Positions 21,375 to 31,193 of a stretch of DNA of 64,000 nucleotides are shown here, one piece after another. Every line of letters begins with the position of its first letter. The stretch's first letter is position 1. Origin of the DNA: Nitrospirota bacterium (GTDB lineage: Bacteria > Nitrospirota > JACRHJ01); assembly GCA_963733375.1 (NCBI GenBank), contig CAVTDB010000009.1:32001-96000 (forward strand), read 5' to 3'. A program made the position numbers and the translations under genes. The notes under the pieces are model-generated. The model did no database searches and was not told the DNA's origin. It saw only the letters and a list, made by a program, of their open reading frames with translations.

Positions 21375-22109
21375 TTAATACGCGTACAGTCTACCGTACG
21401 GCCTGGAGGACTTCGGGTAGATCTTTATGAACTTCTCTTTCATTATCTCGGCGTAGTCGTGGCCGGTGTCTTCGCAGTACTCTTTTACGTACTTCGAAAG
21501 CTCGGCCATCTCTTCCTCGTTCGGCTCCAGTATGCCTATCTCCGCGCCGCAGTCCCTGGGGTCAACCTCGCCCCGGAGATACATCACGCCGCCGTGCATC
21601 CCGGTGCCGAGGTAGCCGCCCGGCGATGGGCTCGCCTTCTTTTCTGCCGATACCGAGCAGCACCAGCAGGCCGCCCGCCATGTACTCGCCGAAGAAGTCT
21701 CCGGCGGTCCCGCCCGCGATAATGACCGGTATCTGCGACTTGAAGCCCTTCATGTGGATGCCGACGCGGTAGCCGACGTCGCCCTTTATGTAGAGCTTGC
21801 CGCCGCGCATCCCGTAGCCCAGCACGTCTCCGGCGTTGCCGTTTATGACGATCTTGCCGTCGTTCATCGTGTTGGCGACGCCGTCCTGCGCGTTGCCGTT
21901 GACGATAAGCGTCGGGCCGTCCATGAAGGCGGCCAAGTCGTTGCCCGGCACGCCGTTAATGGTGATGGTGGCCTTGGCCCTGAGGCCGTCGGCGATGTAG
22001 CGCTGGCCGTTCACGTTATCCAGCACGACCTCTTGGCGCCCTTGTCTATCGCCTCGCGCACCCGTTCGTTAAGCTGCCGGTAGTATATGCCTTTTGCGTC
22101 GATAGTCAT
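21375..22109 (-). CDS. Glutamate synthase GXGXG (C-terminal) domain subunit (frameshifted)
   Basis: NGQRYI, GNAQDGVANTMNDG, GDFFGEYMAGG, GMHGG beta-helix repeats. Confidence 0.9.
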
Positions 22110-22121
22110 CTTTAGAACTCC

Positions 22122-22218
22122 AAAACCGTTCTTTTCTTTCGCGAGAAAGAAAAGAACCAAAAGAAAGCGGGACAGTTTAAAAGTTTCTTGGGCCGCCTTC
22201 TTTTCAAAGAAGGCGGGA
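22122..22218 (+). repeat. Double-hairpin intergenic element, copy A
   Basis: Stem 1 GTTCTTTTCTTTC-gcga-GAAAGAAAAGAAC; stem 2 CCGCCTTCTT-ttca-AAGAAGGCGG; homologous to copies B and C. Confidence 0.85.
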
Positions 22219-22221
22219 TCT

Positions 22222-23736
22222 TTACTTTCCTGCGGGTTTTACTCCCAGTATTTCCAGCGTCTGCGCGTCCAGGCCCACGCCGCGGAGCCTCTCGCGGCTT
22301 CCGCGCAGGCTCTCCACGGAGTTCACGCCGAGCGCGCCCAGGAACTCCATTATCTCGTGGCCCCACGCGCGGAGCAGGTTATTGAGCCTCATCGCGCCCC
22401 ACTCCGGGTCAAGCCGGCGGGTCAGCTCCGGCTTCTGGGTGCAGATGCCCCAGGCGCAGTTGCCGGTGTAGCATTTCTGGCAGAGCGAGCAGCCCAGCGC
22501 GAGAAGCGCCGCCGTGCCTATCGCGCAGGCGTCCGCGCCGAGCGCAATGGCCTTGACCGCGTCCGCGGAGGAGCGTATGCCGCCCGCGGCGACGATCGAG
22601 GCCTGGTTCCGGATGCCTTCCTGCCGAAGCCTGTCGTCCACCGCCGCGAGCGCAAGCTCGATCGGTATGCCGACATGGTCGCTTATCTGGGTCGGGGCGG
22701 CGCCCGTGCCGCCCTTGAAGCCGTCCAGGTAGACTATGTCCGCGCCCGCCCGCACGATGCCGGTCGCGATGGCCGCGACGTTATGCACGCAGGCGATCTT
22801 CACGGAGACGGGCTTATACCCCGTCGCCTCCTTTATCGCGTAGATGAGCTGGCGGAGGTCTTCGATGGAGTAGATGTCGTGGTGCGGCGCGGGCGAGAGC
22901 GCGTCCGTGCCTAGCGGTATCATCCTGGTCTGGGAGATTTCCGCGCCTATCTTCTCGCCGGGCAGGTGCCCGCCGATGCCGGGCTTTGCGCCCTGGCCTA
23001 TCTTTATCTCCACCGCTACCCCGGCGTTCAGGTACTCGCTGTGCACGCCGAAACGCCCGGACGCGCACTGGACAATCGTCCACGGGCCGTATTCGTACAG
23101 CTCTTCATGCAGCCCGCCTTCGCCGGTGCCGTAAACAGTGCCGGATTCCTTCGCGGCCATCGCCAGCGACTTGTGGGCGTTCAGCGAAATTGCGCCAAAG
23201 GACATCGGCGCGAATATTATGGGTATCTCAAGCTTGATGTTCGGCGGGAGCTTTTCCTTCAAGCGGGGCTTGCCGTCCACCATCTCCATTTCCAGCTTGT
23301 CCGGCTTGCGGCCAAGGAACGTGCGCAGCTCCATCGGCTCGCGCAGCGGGTCGATGGAGGGGTTCGTCACCTGGCAGGCGTCCACGACCAGGTGGTCGAA
23401 GATTATCGGGTACGGCTTGTCGTTGCCCATCCCGGTAAGCAGCACGCCGCCCGTCTCCGCCTGCTTCCAGATGTTCTTCCTTATCTGGAGCGACCAGTTC
23501 GGGTGCTCCTTGTAGACGTTGGGGTTTTCGTTAATGGTGATGGCGTCTTCCGGGCACATCGCCGCGCAACGGTTGCAGGCGACGCATTTATTGCTGTCCG
23601 GGACTACCCGGTCCGAAAAGCTGTACACGCCGAAACTGCAGCTCTGGAGGCAGCGCTTGCACTTCCTGCATTTTTCCTGGTCGATTTTAACCCGGAACTC
23701 CGGGGGCATTGTCCTGTTCACCCGAACTTCCTCCAA
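22222..23736 (-). CDS. Glutamate synthase FMN-binding subunit with N-terminal 2x[4Fe-4S] domain (archaeal type)
   Basis: CRKCKRC and CVACNRC; MSFGAIS, EIKIGQGAKPGIGGHLPG, SPAPHHDIYSIEDL, CQKCYTGNC. Confidence 0.95.
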   Translation of the reverse strand: MEEVRVNRTMPPEFRVKIDQEKCRKCKRCLQSCSFGVYSFSDRVVPDSNKCVACNRCAAMCPEDAITINENPNVYKEHPNWSLQIRKNIWKQAETGGVLLTGMGNDKPYPIIFDHLVVDACQVTNPSIDPLREPMELRTFLGRKPDKLEMEMVDGKPRLKEKLPPNIKLEIPIIFAPMSFGAISLNAHKSLAMAAKESGTVYGTGEGGLHEELYEYGPWTIVQCASGRFGVHSEYLNAGVAVEIKIGQGAKPGIGGHLPGEKIGAEISQTRMIPLGTDALSPAPHHDIYSIEDLRQLIYAIKEATGYKPVSVKIACVHNVAAIATGIVRAGADIVYLDGFKGGTGAAPTQISDHVGIPIELALAAVDDRLRQEGIRNQASIVAAGGIRSSADAVKAIALGADACAIGTAALLALGCSLCQKCYTGNCAWGICTQKPELTRRLDPEWGAMRLNNLLRAWGHEIMEFLGALGVNSVESLRGSRERLRGVGLDAQTLEILGVKPAGK

Positions 23737-24867
23737 CTTATATCTTTACTGAATGCCCTTGCTCCAGTCACTCGACGACTACCGGTTGTCCGGCCCTGGG
23801 AGCCCAGACTTTCTCGGGGTCGGGGCATATCTCGCGTATCGCCGATTCCTCGCTCGACATATAAACCGTCTTGCCCTTGGTGGCCGCGATGAACGGCCTG
23901 AGTTTGATCCTGTCGTTCATGCCTATAAGACCCTTGGCGTGCCCGAAGAGTATCGCGAACGGGCCGTTTAAAAGCGCCGGAGCCGTAAACCATCCTGAGC
24001 CCCTCGCAGGCCTCCCGCTCGCTCTCTTCCATCCTGTCTATGTCCTTCCAGAACGGCGCGGCCACCGCCAGGCATGCGGCGGATATCGGCAGGCCCTGGC
24101 GCCTTACCAGCAGGTCGAATATATACGTCACCACCTCGGTGTCGGTCAGGAGCGCCAGCTTGTAACCGAACATCTCGAGGTATCTTTTATTTATCCCGTA
24201 GGAAGATATCTCGCCGTTATGGACGATGGACCAGTCGAGCAGCGTGAACGGGTGCGCCCCGCCCCACCAGCCCTGGGTATTGGTCGGGAAGCGGTTGTGC
24301 GCCGTCCAGGTGTGGCCCTCGTAGTCCTCCAGCATGAAGAAGTCCGCGATGTCCTCCGGGTATCCGGCGCCTTTGAACGCGCCCATATTTTTACCGGATG
24401 AGAATACGAACGCGTTGTCTATCTTGTCGTTTATGTGCATGACGATTTTTACGATAAAATCGTCTTCCGTCATCTGCGTCCCCTTGAGGCTCTCCGGCTT
24501 TACTTTCACGAAATAACGCCGAAGCAGCGGGTGGGACGGGACTTTCTCGGTCAACTTGACCGGGATATCCTCGGTAAGGTCCACCGCGAGCGACTTTTCC
24601 AGGTAAGTCTCGGTCTCCTTCATCGCCTCTTCAAAATCCCTGGTGGGCTTGCCAGGCTCCTCGGTAAACATTATGTGCAGGGCGTAATGGTCCTTGTGCT
24701 TCGGGGTATATCCCGTACGCCGCGAACCCGCCGCCCTGGCCGTTGCCCCGGTCGTGCTGGAGCGCGATGGACTTCCTTATCGCCGCACCGGAGATGCGCT
24801 TTCCGTCCCAGTTGATTATGCCGGACAGGCCGCATCCGGAGATGTCTTTCTGCCACCAATGGTCCAT
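23718..24867 (-). CDS. Glutamate synthase class II glutamine amidotransferase subunit (frameshifted)
   Basis: [45 protein letters not shown]. Confidence 0.9.
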
Positions 24868-24890
24868 TGTCTGTTAAACCTCCAAGAGCT

Positions 24891-24989
24891 AAACCGTTAC
24901 TTTCTTTTCGCGAGAAAAGAAAGTAACACAAAGAAAAGCGGAACAGTTTAAAAGTTTTTGGCGTTACCTTTTTCCAAAAAGGTAACAGG
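24891..24989 (+). repeat. Double-hairpin intergenic element, copy B
   Basis: Stem 1 GTTACTTTCTTTTC-gcga-GAAAAGAAAGTAAC; stem 2 GTTACCTTTT-tcca-AAAAGGTAAC. Confidence 0.85.
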
Positions 24990-24990
24990 T

Positions 24991-26307
24991 TTACTTCTTT
25001 ATAAGTTTCTTCCAGTCCTCGGTCCCGGTCTTGGGCGCGTCTTTCAGGCCCAGCTTCTTCCTCTGGGCCTTGGAGGGCTCGCCTAAGCGTCCGGTCTGGT
25101 TGAACATCTCTATCGCCTTCGCGGTCGTCGGCTGTACATAGCCCTTCTGGATGGCCATCTGCTTCAACTGGTGGAACACCTTCTCCATCCCGTAGCACTG
25201 CGGGCACAGCTCAAGGCAGGTATGGCACTCGACGCACCGCCAGATGTCCGGCGACTTCAGGAGTTCGTCCAGGTCTTCCGTGAGGACTCTCTTCATCATG
25301 GAATGGAGGTTCACCCCTTCCACGGACAGCGTCACCGGGCAGTCGTTCGTGCAGGCCGCGCAGTTAACGCAGCGCTCTATGGACGCGACGTCGAAAATCG
25401 CTTTCGTCTTCGTATGCTCGCCGATATTCTTCTCCCATTTCTGTACGAACGCGGCGGTATCGATCTTGTGCATGTCGATGCCGATTTCCGCGGGAGAGAA
25501 GCCCATGGCCAGGGCTAAAAGCTCCTGGTAGGAGATTACGGGGAGGTTGTATTTTTCGCCGGAGCGGGCGAGCATGAACTGCTGCGTGTCGTACTGCGAA
25601 TAGCAGGACGGGCATACGGTGGTGATGGCGTCGGCTTCAAGGCTTTTAAGCTCCTGGAGCTTCCTTCTTAAAAGGTCCTGGCCCTCGGAGACGTTCCCCA
25701 CGTTGCTTAAACCCCCGCCGCAGCAGAGCATCTTGGTGGTATAGTTCATGCTCTTCGCGCCGATTGCGTTCACCAGCGCGTCGAACTTCACCGGCTGGAT
25801 CGGGTCGTCGAAGTTCAAGACCTTCGCCGGGCGCATCATATGGCAGCCGTAATGCACCCCTATCTTCATCCCCTTCAGGGGCTTCTTCACGTATGTCGCG
25901 ATTTTCGCCGGGGAGATGACGTCGTGGAACAGCTCCAGCATGTGGAGCACCTTGACCTTCCCCTCGTACTTCATGCCGATGGCGGCCAGCTCTTTGTTGA
26001 CCATCGCCATCAGCTTCGGAGACTTGTGGAGTTCGGCTTTTGCGCCTTTTAACGTGCCGTAACAGCCGTTGCAGGGGGTAACGAGCGGCAGGCCGGTCTT
26101 TTCCGCAAGGGCCAGGTTTCTGGCGGCGGTAATCAGCCAGAGGTCGTCCCCCATGCTCTTTACCAGCTCCTTTTCGGGGCAGCAGGTAAAGCCGTCAAGG
26201 TCCACTATATCTATTTCCATCCGCTCGGCCACCAGCCTTGCCGCCTTTTCCTGGAAGGCGAAGCGGGCGGGGATGGTGCAACCCCAGAAGAACACGTAGC
26301 TTTTCAT
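24991..26307 (-). CDS. Heterodisulfide reductase HdrB-HdrC fusion protein
   Basis: Two CCG-type domains (FWGC..TCCP..PCNGC; YGCH..CCGGG..CPSC) fused to CVNCAACTNDCP and CVECHTCLELCP. Confidence 0.88.
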   Translation of the reverse strand: MKSYVFFWGCTIPARFAFQEKAARLVAERMEIDIVDLDGFTCCPEKELVKSMGDDLWLITAARNLALAEKTGLPLVTPCNGCYGTLKGAKAELHKSPKLMAMVNKELAAIGMKYEGKVKVLHMLELFHDVISPAKIATYVKKPLKGMKIGVHYGCHMMRPAKVLNFDDPIQPVKFDALVNAIGAKSMNYTTKMLCCGGGLSNVGNVSEGQDLLRRKLQELKSLEADAITTVCPSCYSQYDTQQFMLARSGEKYNLPVISYQELLALAMGFSPAEIGIDMHKIDTAAFVQKWEKNIGEHTKTKAIFDVASIERCVNCAACTNDCPVTLSVEGVNLHSMMKRVLTEDLDELLKSPDIWRCVECHTCLELCPQCYGMEKVFHQLKQMAIQKGYVQPTTAKAIEMFNQTGRLGEPSKAQRKKLGLKDAPKTGTEDWKKLIKK

Positions 26308-26366
26308 TAAAAAATCTCCGTCAGCCTGAAACGGGCCTAAAATGCCTCCCTTAGAGGCGGATATTG

Positions 26367-26395
26367 ATGCTATAAAAACAGCCACTTAATGTCAA
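26367..26395 (-). promoter_or_regulatory. sigma70-type promoter of the hdrBC-glt operon
   Basis: TTGACA-17bp-TAGCAT. Confidence 0.6.
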
Positions 26396-26528
26396 GATTT
26401 TTTTCCTGGAAAAGCGGCAGAAGTTACTTTTTAGGAATTATAACTGGTATCGAACTCCAAGTCCAGCAAAAATTGTATAACCTCGGCTATTTAAAAATCA
26501 CCATAAAAAGGCTATAATATTAAAGGCT

Positions 26529-26996
26529 ATGGGTACTAAATCTGTTTTGCATAAGATGCTCGGAATATCGACCGCCGTTTTTGCCATTTTACTGGCGGAT
26601 GCGGGAAGCGCGTGGGCCGTCCAGCCGCATACGGGGCCGGAAGGTTATTACGCGCATCAGGCGGCCCATCTGCTCTTCATATGTTCGATGGTCTACCTGA
26701 TAGTCCTGCTGGGTAAGCCTGCCTTAAGGCGCCTTTCGGGTTGGCAGTATATACGCCTGGCCTCGTTTTTCTTCCTGCTTTGGAACGTGGACGCTTTTAT
26801 CGCGCATATTATGGAATGGCTTATGGTGCCGAGGGAAAAATTTATCAGCGGCTCCTGGCTGCTCGTGGAGGACCTGAAGTCGGAGGTCTATTACGTAACC
26901 CGCCTGATAGAGTACTTCTTCCTTGTGCCGGCATTTCTATTCATGGCCCTTGGGGTGAGGCGTCTCAAGGGACAGATTGAACGGGAGAAGGAATGA
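26529..26996 (+). CDS. His-containing hypothetical membrane protein
   Basis: Signal-like N-terminus ending AWA; QPHTGPEGYYAHQAAH; about three further TM helices. Confidence 0.7.
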   Translation: MGTKSVLHKMLGISTAVFAILLADAGSAWAVQPHTGPEGYYAHQAAHLLFICSMVYLIVLLGKPALRRLSGWQYIRLASFFFLLWNVDAFIAHIMEWLMVPREKFISGSWLLVEDLKSEVYYVTRLIEYFFLVPAFLFMALGVRRLKGQIEREKE

Positions 26997-28082
26997 CAAG
27001 CCTTCGGCCGATCTGGACAATAGATATAATTTCAAACTCCGTGCTGTTGGCCATATCGATCTACCTGCTGGTGGAAACGAAAAGGATAAGGGCCATGCGT
27101 CCCCATGTCCTTTTGTGGATGTACCTGTACTGGCAGGCCGTCGCCTTGACGATATTCGTATTTTCTCACTCGGTGGCGCACATCGTCCAGCGCGTGATGG
27201 TATTAATGGGGTATCGGCCATACCTGGGAAGAAATCGCGCCTGTTACCGGCGGGATAAACACGCTCACGTTCGTGGTGGTGGCGATACTGACATTCCTCT
27301 ACCGGGACCTGGAATCGGCGAGCGAGCGGTACGGGACTCTCTCCGAGACGAAGAAGGAACTGGAGCAGTCCATGATAATGCTGCAGGAGTCCTCGGAGAA
27401 GATTGAACGGGATGCGGAGGAGATATTCCAGAAGAACCGTGAACTTTCGGCCCTTAACAGGATCGCGACAGAGATCGGCAAGTCCCTAGAACTGGACAAG
27501 GTCATGTCGGCGACGATCAGGGAGGTAAAGGACCTGGTCAAGGCGGATTTCCTGGCGGTATACCTGGTGAAAGGCGACAAGATAGTCCTGCAGGTGAGCG
27601 AAGGTCTGACCGGAAACCTCCTCGATAAGGCAGCCGTGCGGAGCGCCGATGAGCCCTGGGTCAAGAGGGAAATCCTGCAAGGCAGGGCGTTCTTCGTGCA
27701 GGAAAGCCTTTCCGAAAAAACCGGCAAGATAGATGAAGACTTCAAAAAAGGGGGCCTTCAGGCCTGGACCGCGGTACCTATAATGGCCAAGGGCAAGGTG
27801 GTCGGAGTCCTCTCGGTCGGCTCGACCAGTTTTGACGGCATCGACCAGCGGCAGATAAATACCCTCACGACTATAGGCAGTTACGTAGGCATAGTCATAG
27901 AGAACTCCATGCTCTACGAGGAGCTGAAGCAGAAAGTTGACGACCTGGAGCGGTTCAGCAGGTTCTCCGTCGGCCGGGAGATGAGGATATTGGAGATGAA
28001 GGAGAAGCTAAGCCGCCTGACGGCAAACCGCCAGGATGTTTCTTCAAAACCCGAAAAAGACGAGGCGCAGGAGCTTCCATGA
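26993..28082 (+). CDS. Membrane GAF-domain protein with no enzymatic output (frameshift near 27235)
   Basis: TM region in ORF 26993-27406; coiled coil and GAF (ELSALNRIA...AVPIMAKGKVVGVL...IENSMLYEEL) in ORF 27273-28082. Confidence 0.75.
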
Positions 28083-28375
28083 TTATTAAAAACGAGGATA
28101 TAGATTCCGTACTTCTTGCCGTCCCGGAAGGGCACAGGCACCTGCGGCTCGCGCTGACGACGAAGGACGGGAAGAAAGTAGTCCTGCAGGAGGCGGCGGT
28201 GGCGGCAATCGTGCGGGCGTATGTTACCGTGAAGACACACCCGCAGATGAGGGCGATAAAATTAATCTCCGCGAAACCGGAGCATCTGAAGGAAGGCTAT
28301 GCGGCCGACCAGCTTATCGAGTCCGAGGCGGACGAGGCGGTGATAGAGCAGATGACGCGGCTGTTGGCCGGTTAA
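28079..28375 (+). CDS. Small hypothetical protein
   Basis: ATGA overlap with the upstream gene; PEGHRHLR and KTHP motifs. Confidence 0.7.
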   Translation: MIIKNEDIDSVLLAVPEGHRHLRLALTTKDGKKVVLQEAAVAAIVRAYVTVKTHPQMRAIKLISAKPEHLKEGYAADQLIESEADEAVIEQMTRLLAG

Positions 28376-29085
28376 ATTACCCGCCTGGCCGGGCGCGACG
28401 CCCCGATGCGCCGAAATTCCTGGATTCTGTCTTCGCAATCGCTCTGGACAGATAAATCTTGCCCGCCTGCGCGAGAATCGACGTACCCGTTAAATTTCCC
28501 GCATAAATTCCAGCAGCGCGTCGTGGAACATCTCCGGGTTGTCCAGGTAAGCCGGGTGCTTCCCTTCCGGGGATGACAAGCAGTTTCGAGCCTGTTAATC
28601 TCCCGGTTTAAAAATTCCGCATTCGATATCGGCGCTATATGGTCTTTCTCTCCCCAGACGATGAGAGTCGGCACCCGGATCGTCTTTATACGCTCCCGGT
28701 TCTCGTCCACGCCTACCGACCCGACCAGCACCAGCCCCCCGACCATCTCCTGATGTTCCAGGGCAAAGTTTATGCAGATGCGCCCACCCATCGACGGCCC
28801 GACCATCACGGGTTTTTTTAAACTGTCCGCTTCAAAGAGCTTCAGCAGGACTTCATCCGGCCCCGTCCCGCATTTCTTGGAGAGGCCGAAGCCAGGCATA
28901 TCCACGGCGGTAACGTCATAGCCCGCCATCCCCAGGACTTCAAGCGTCCCCAAATCCGCCCAGGTCTGCGCCTGAAAGCTCATCCCGTGAAGTAACAGGA
29001 TGTCTTTCCCCTTCGCGCTCCCGGCTTTAAGGCAGTTCAACTCGCACGGACCGGCTTTTATAGTTTTCTGGATTATTCCGGACAT
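28372..29085 (-). CDS. Alpha/beta hydrolase, ABHD14-like (3' end frameshifted; true stop uncertain)
   Basis: LLLHG, DMPGFG, GPSMGG nucleophile elbow, VWGEKD. Confidence 0.85.
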   Translation of the reverse strand: MSGIIQKTIKAGPCELNCLKAGSAKGKDILLLHGMSFQAQTWADLGTLEVLGMAGYDVTAVDMPGFGLSKKCGTGPDEVLLKLFEADSLKKPVMVGPSMGGRICINFALEHQEMVGGLVLVGSVGVDENRERIKTIRVPTLIVWGEKDHIAPISNAEFLNREINRLETACHPRKGSTRLTWTTRRCSTTRCWNLCGKFNGYVDSRAGGQDLSVQSDCEDRIQEFRRIGASRPARRVI

Positions 29086-29122
29086 GGAATTAAGTATATC
29101 AAAGAAGAGGGGCGGGTAGAGG

Positions 29123-30271
29123 CTATCTATACACCGGCAAATACACCGTAAACGTCGTCCCTTTGCCCGGCTCGCTGTCCACTTTTATCGTCCCGCCGTG
29201 CTCCTCGATTACCTTCAGCGAGAGCGCGAGTCCCAGGCCAAGCCCCCCGCCCTTGGTGGAGTAAAACGGGTTGAATATGTCCTTCAGCGCGTCCGGCTCA
29301 ATGCCGCTCCCGCTATCGGAGATGGTGACCGCGAGCATGGTCTTCTTGCCCTTTTCGGTCTTTATCGAGGAGTACAGGAAATCGGAAGGTATGCCCGTCC
29401 CGAGCGTCAGCACGCCGCCGTGGGACATGGACTCCACCGCGTTCTTGATAAGGTTTAAGAAAACACCCTGGAGGCTGGACTCGTCGCCTTCCAGTTCCGG
29501 GACGGATGGGTCGTACTCGCGCTTCACCTTCAGTTTAAGCCGCTTAATCTCAGGGGCCATCAGGGTAAGGGACTCGTCCAGGACGCTGTGCAGGTTCAGC
29601 GGGGCCGTCCTCGGAAGCCCCGGCCGGGACAGGCCCCGGAGGGATTCCAGTATCCCCGTCAGCCGGTCCACCTGCTTTACGATCACGCCCAGGTATTCGG
29701 ACAGGGATTCCTCGGCCGGGAGCCCTTTTATTTCCTCAAGGAGCAGCTGCGAGGCCCCTTTTATCCCGCCCAAGGGATTTCTTAGCTCATGCGCGACGGA
29801 GGCCGCCATCGTGCCCAGGTATGCCAGGCGCTCCGACTTCTTGATCGCTTCCTCCAATTCCCGCAGCCGGGAAGCCTCCCGAAGCGAGAGCGCGACTCCC
29901 AGCGTCTGGCCGTCCGGCCCCTCGATTGGCGAGGCCGAGGCCTCGACCGGGACCATCGTCGCATCCGGCCTTATAAGCTCGGTGGTAAACCCGGTATGGG
30001 GCCTGCCGGACGATAACGTACGCGATATCAGCCCGGTCAGCCCCTGGTTGCCCTTGAAGAATGTCTCCTTTGCCGTCTTGCCCATGGCGTCAGCGGAGAG
30101 CATGGCAAGCTCATGGGCGGCGCGGTTTGCGCTTTGAAGCTTTAAGGCGCCGTCGAAAACCATTATCCCTTCCGGAATAGAGTACAGGACCTCTTCATAG
30201 TACTCCGGGGTTCCCGTCTTCGGGAGGGCGGGGGCGGCGTCCTGCGTTTTTGGGGAGGTTTTTTTGGGCAT
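29123..30271 (-). CDS. PAS histidine kinase, NtrB/GlnL-like
   Basis: Cytoplasmic PAS; AHELRNPLGGIKGASQLL H-box; YDPSVPE; GLGLGL. Confidence 0.8.
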   Translation of the reverse strand: MPKKTSPKTQDAAPALPKTGTPEYYEEVLYSIPEGIMVFDGALKLQSANRAAHELAMLSADAMGKTAKETFFKGNQGLTGLISRTLSSGRPHTGFTTELIRPDATMVPVEASASPIEGPDGQTLGVALSLREASRLRELEEAIKKSERLAYLGTMAASVAHELRNPLGGIKGASQLLLEEIKGLPAEESLSEYLGVIVKQVDRLTGILESLRGLSRPGLPRTAPLNLHSVLDESLTLMAPEIKRLKLKVKREYDPSVPELEGDESSLQGVFLNLIKNAVESMSHGGVLTLGTGIPSDFLYSSIKTEKGKKTMLAVTISDSGSGIEPDALKDIFNPFYSTKGGGLGLGLALSLKVIEEHGGTIKVDSEPGKGTTFTVYLPVYR

Positions 30272-30955
30272 TTAGAGGAGGAGTTTTTCCAGGCTGCCGA
30301 AGTGCTCGACGGTTATAATATGCTCCGAGGGCGGGAGCTCTGTATGCTCGTGCTGCCAGGTCATGGAAAAAGGTATAAAGACGGAGCGCACCCCGTTTTG
30401 AACTGCAGGGAGGATGTCCGAGCGGGGCGAATCCCCTATCATCCAGGTCTCGTCAGGCAGGAGTCCCAGCTCTTCCAGCATCCCCCGGAAAATCTGCTTA
30501 TCCTTCTCCGGCACTACCTTGACATGGTGAAAATATTTTCTCAAGGGGGATTTCTCGATTTTACCGAGTTGCTCTTCCGGATTGCCTTTCGTGTACATTA
30601 TCATCCTGTACCGGCTGGCGAGTTTGGGCACCGTCTCCTCCACCCCACGCAGGAGACTCACTGGGTGGTAAAAGACTTCCTCCCCTATCTTTTCTATTTT
30701 TTCAAGCACTTCCGGGTCCGGCGCCGGCGAAAGCCAGCGGTACACGTCCGCCATCGACATCGCCTGGCTCTTAGCCCCGTAGCCGTAGCGGGAGACGTTC
30801 TCCATCTCCAGGCTGAGGAGCAGGCTGTCGGCCTGCTCCCGCGGATGGCCCAGGGCCTCCATGAGCGAGACGAATTTCTTATGCGCCTCTATGAAATAGC
30901 GGTTATTTTCCCAGAGCGTGTCGTCGCAGTCGATTATAAGGTTCCGTGGAAGCAT
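30272..30955 (-). CDS. HAD superfamily hydrolase
   Basis: DCDDTLW, TKG, MIGDSPRSDI. Confidence 0.9.
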   Translation of the reverse strand: MLPRNLIIDCDDTLWENNRYFIEAHKKFVSLMEALGHPREQADSLLLSLEMENVSRYGYGAKSQAMSMADVYRWLSPAPDPEVLEKIEKIGEEVFYHPVSLLRGVEETVPKLASRYRMIMYTKGNPEEQLGKIEKSPLRKYFHHVKVVPEKDKQIFRGMLEELGLLPDETWMIGDSPRSDILPAVQNGVRSVFIPFSMTWQHEHTELPPSEHIITVEHFGSLEKLLL

Positions 30956-31193
30956 TCAGGAATTTTAGCAAAGACCCCCGGTCAATTCAAGTTAATTAGG
31001 AATTTCCGGCATTTCCCTAAGTAGGTCTTTCTTGTTAATTCCCTGGTTTATGATACTAGCCTACGCATGAAAAATTCATAACTAAAGTTTTAACTTGATC
31101 TTTGGTGATAATGAATATATTATAAGAATCTGCATATTTAACTAAAATACTTATGTTTGCCTACTTTGCCAAATTTCAATCTGGAGGAAAACA

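Noticed and set aside
22122-24989. Glutamine riboswitch or other cis-regulatory aptamer in the glt operon
   Set aside because: The same element occurs in the opposite orientation between rseP and ispG, and I see no match to known aptamer consensus.
30960-31190. c-di-GMP/cGAMP (GEMM) riboswitch upstream of the cytochrome
   Set aside because: AT-rich sequence with no GEMM-type stems or conserved motifs visible.
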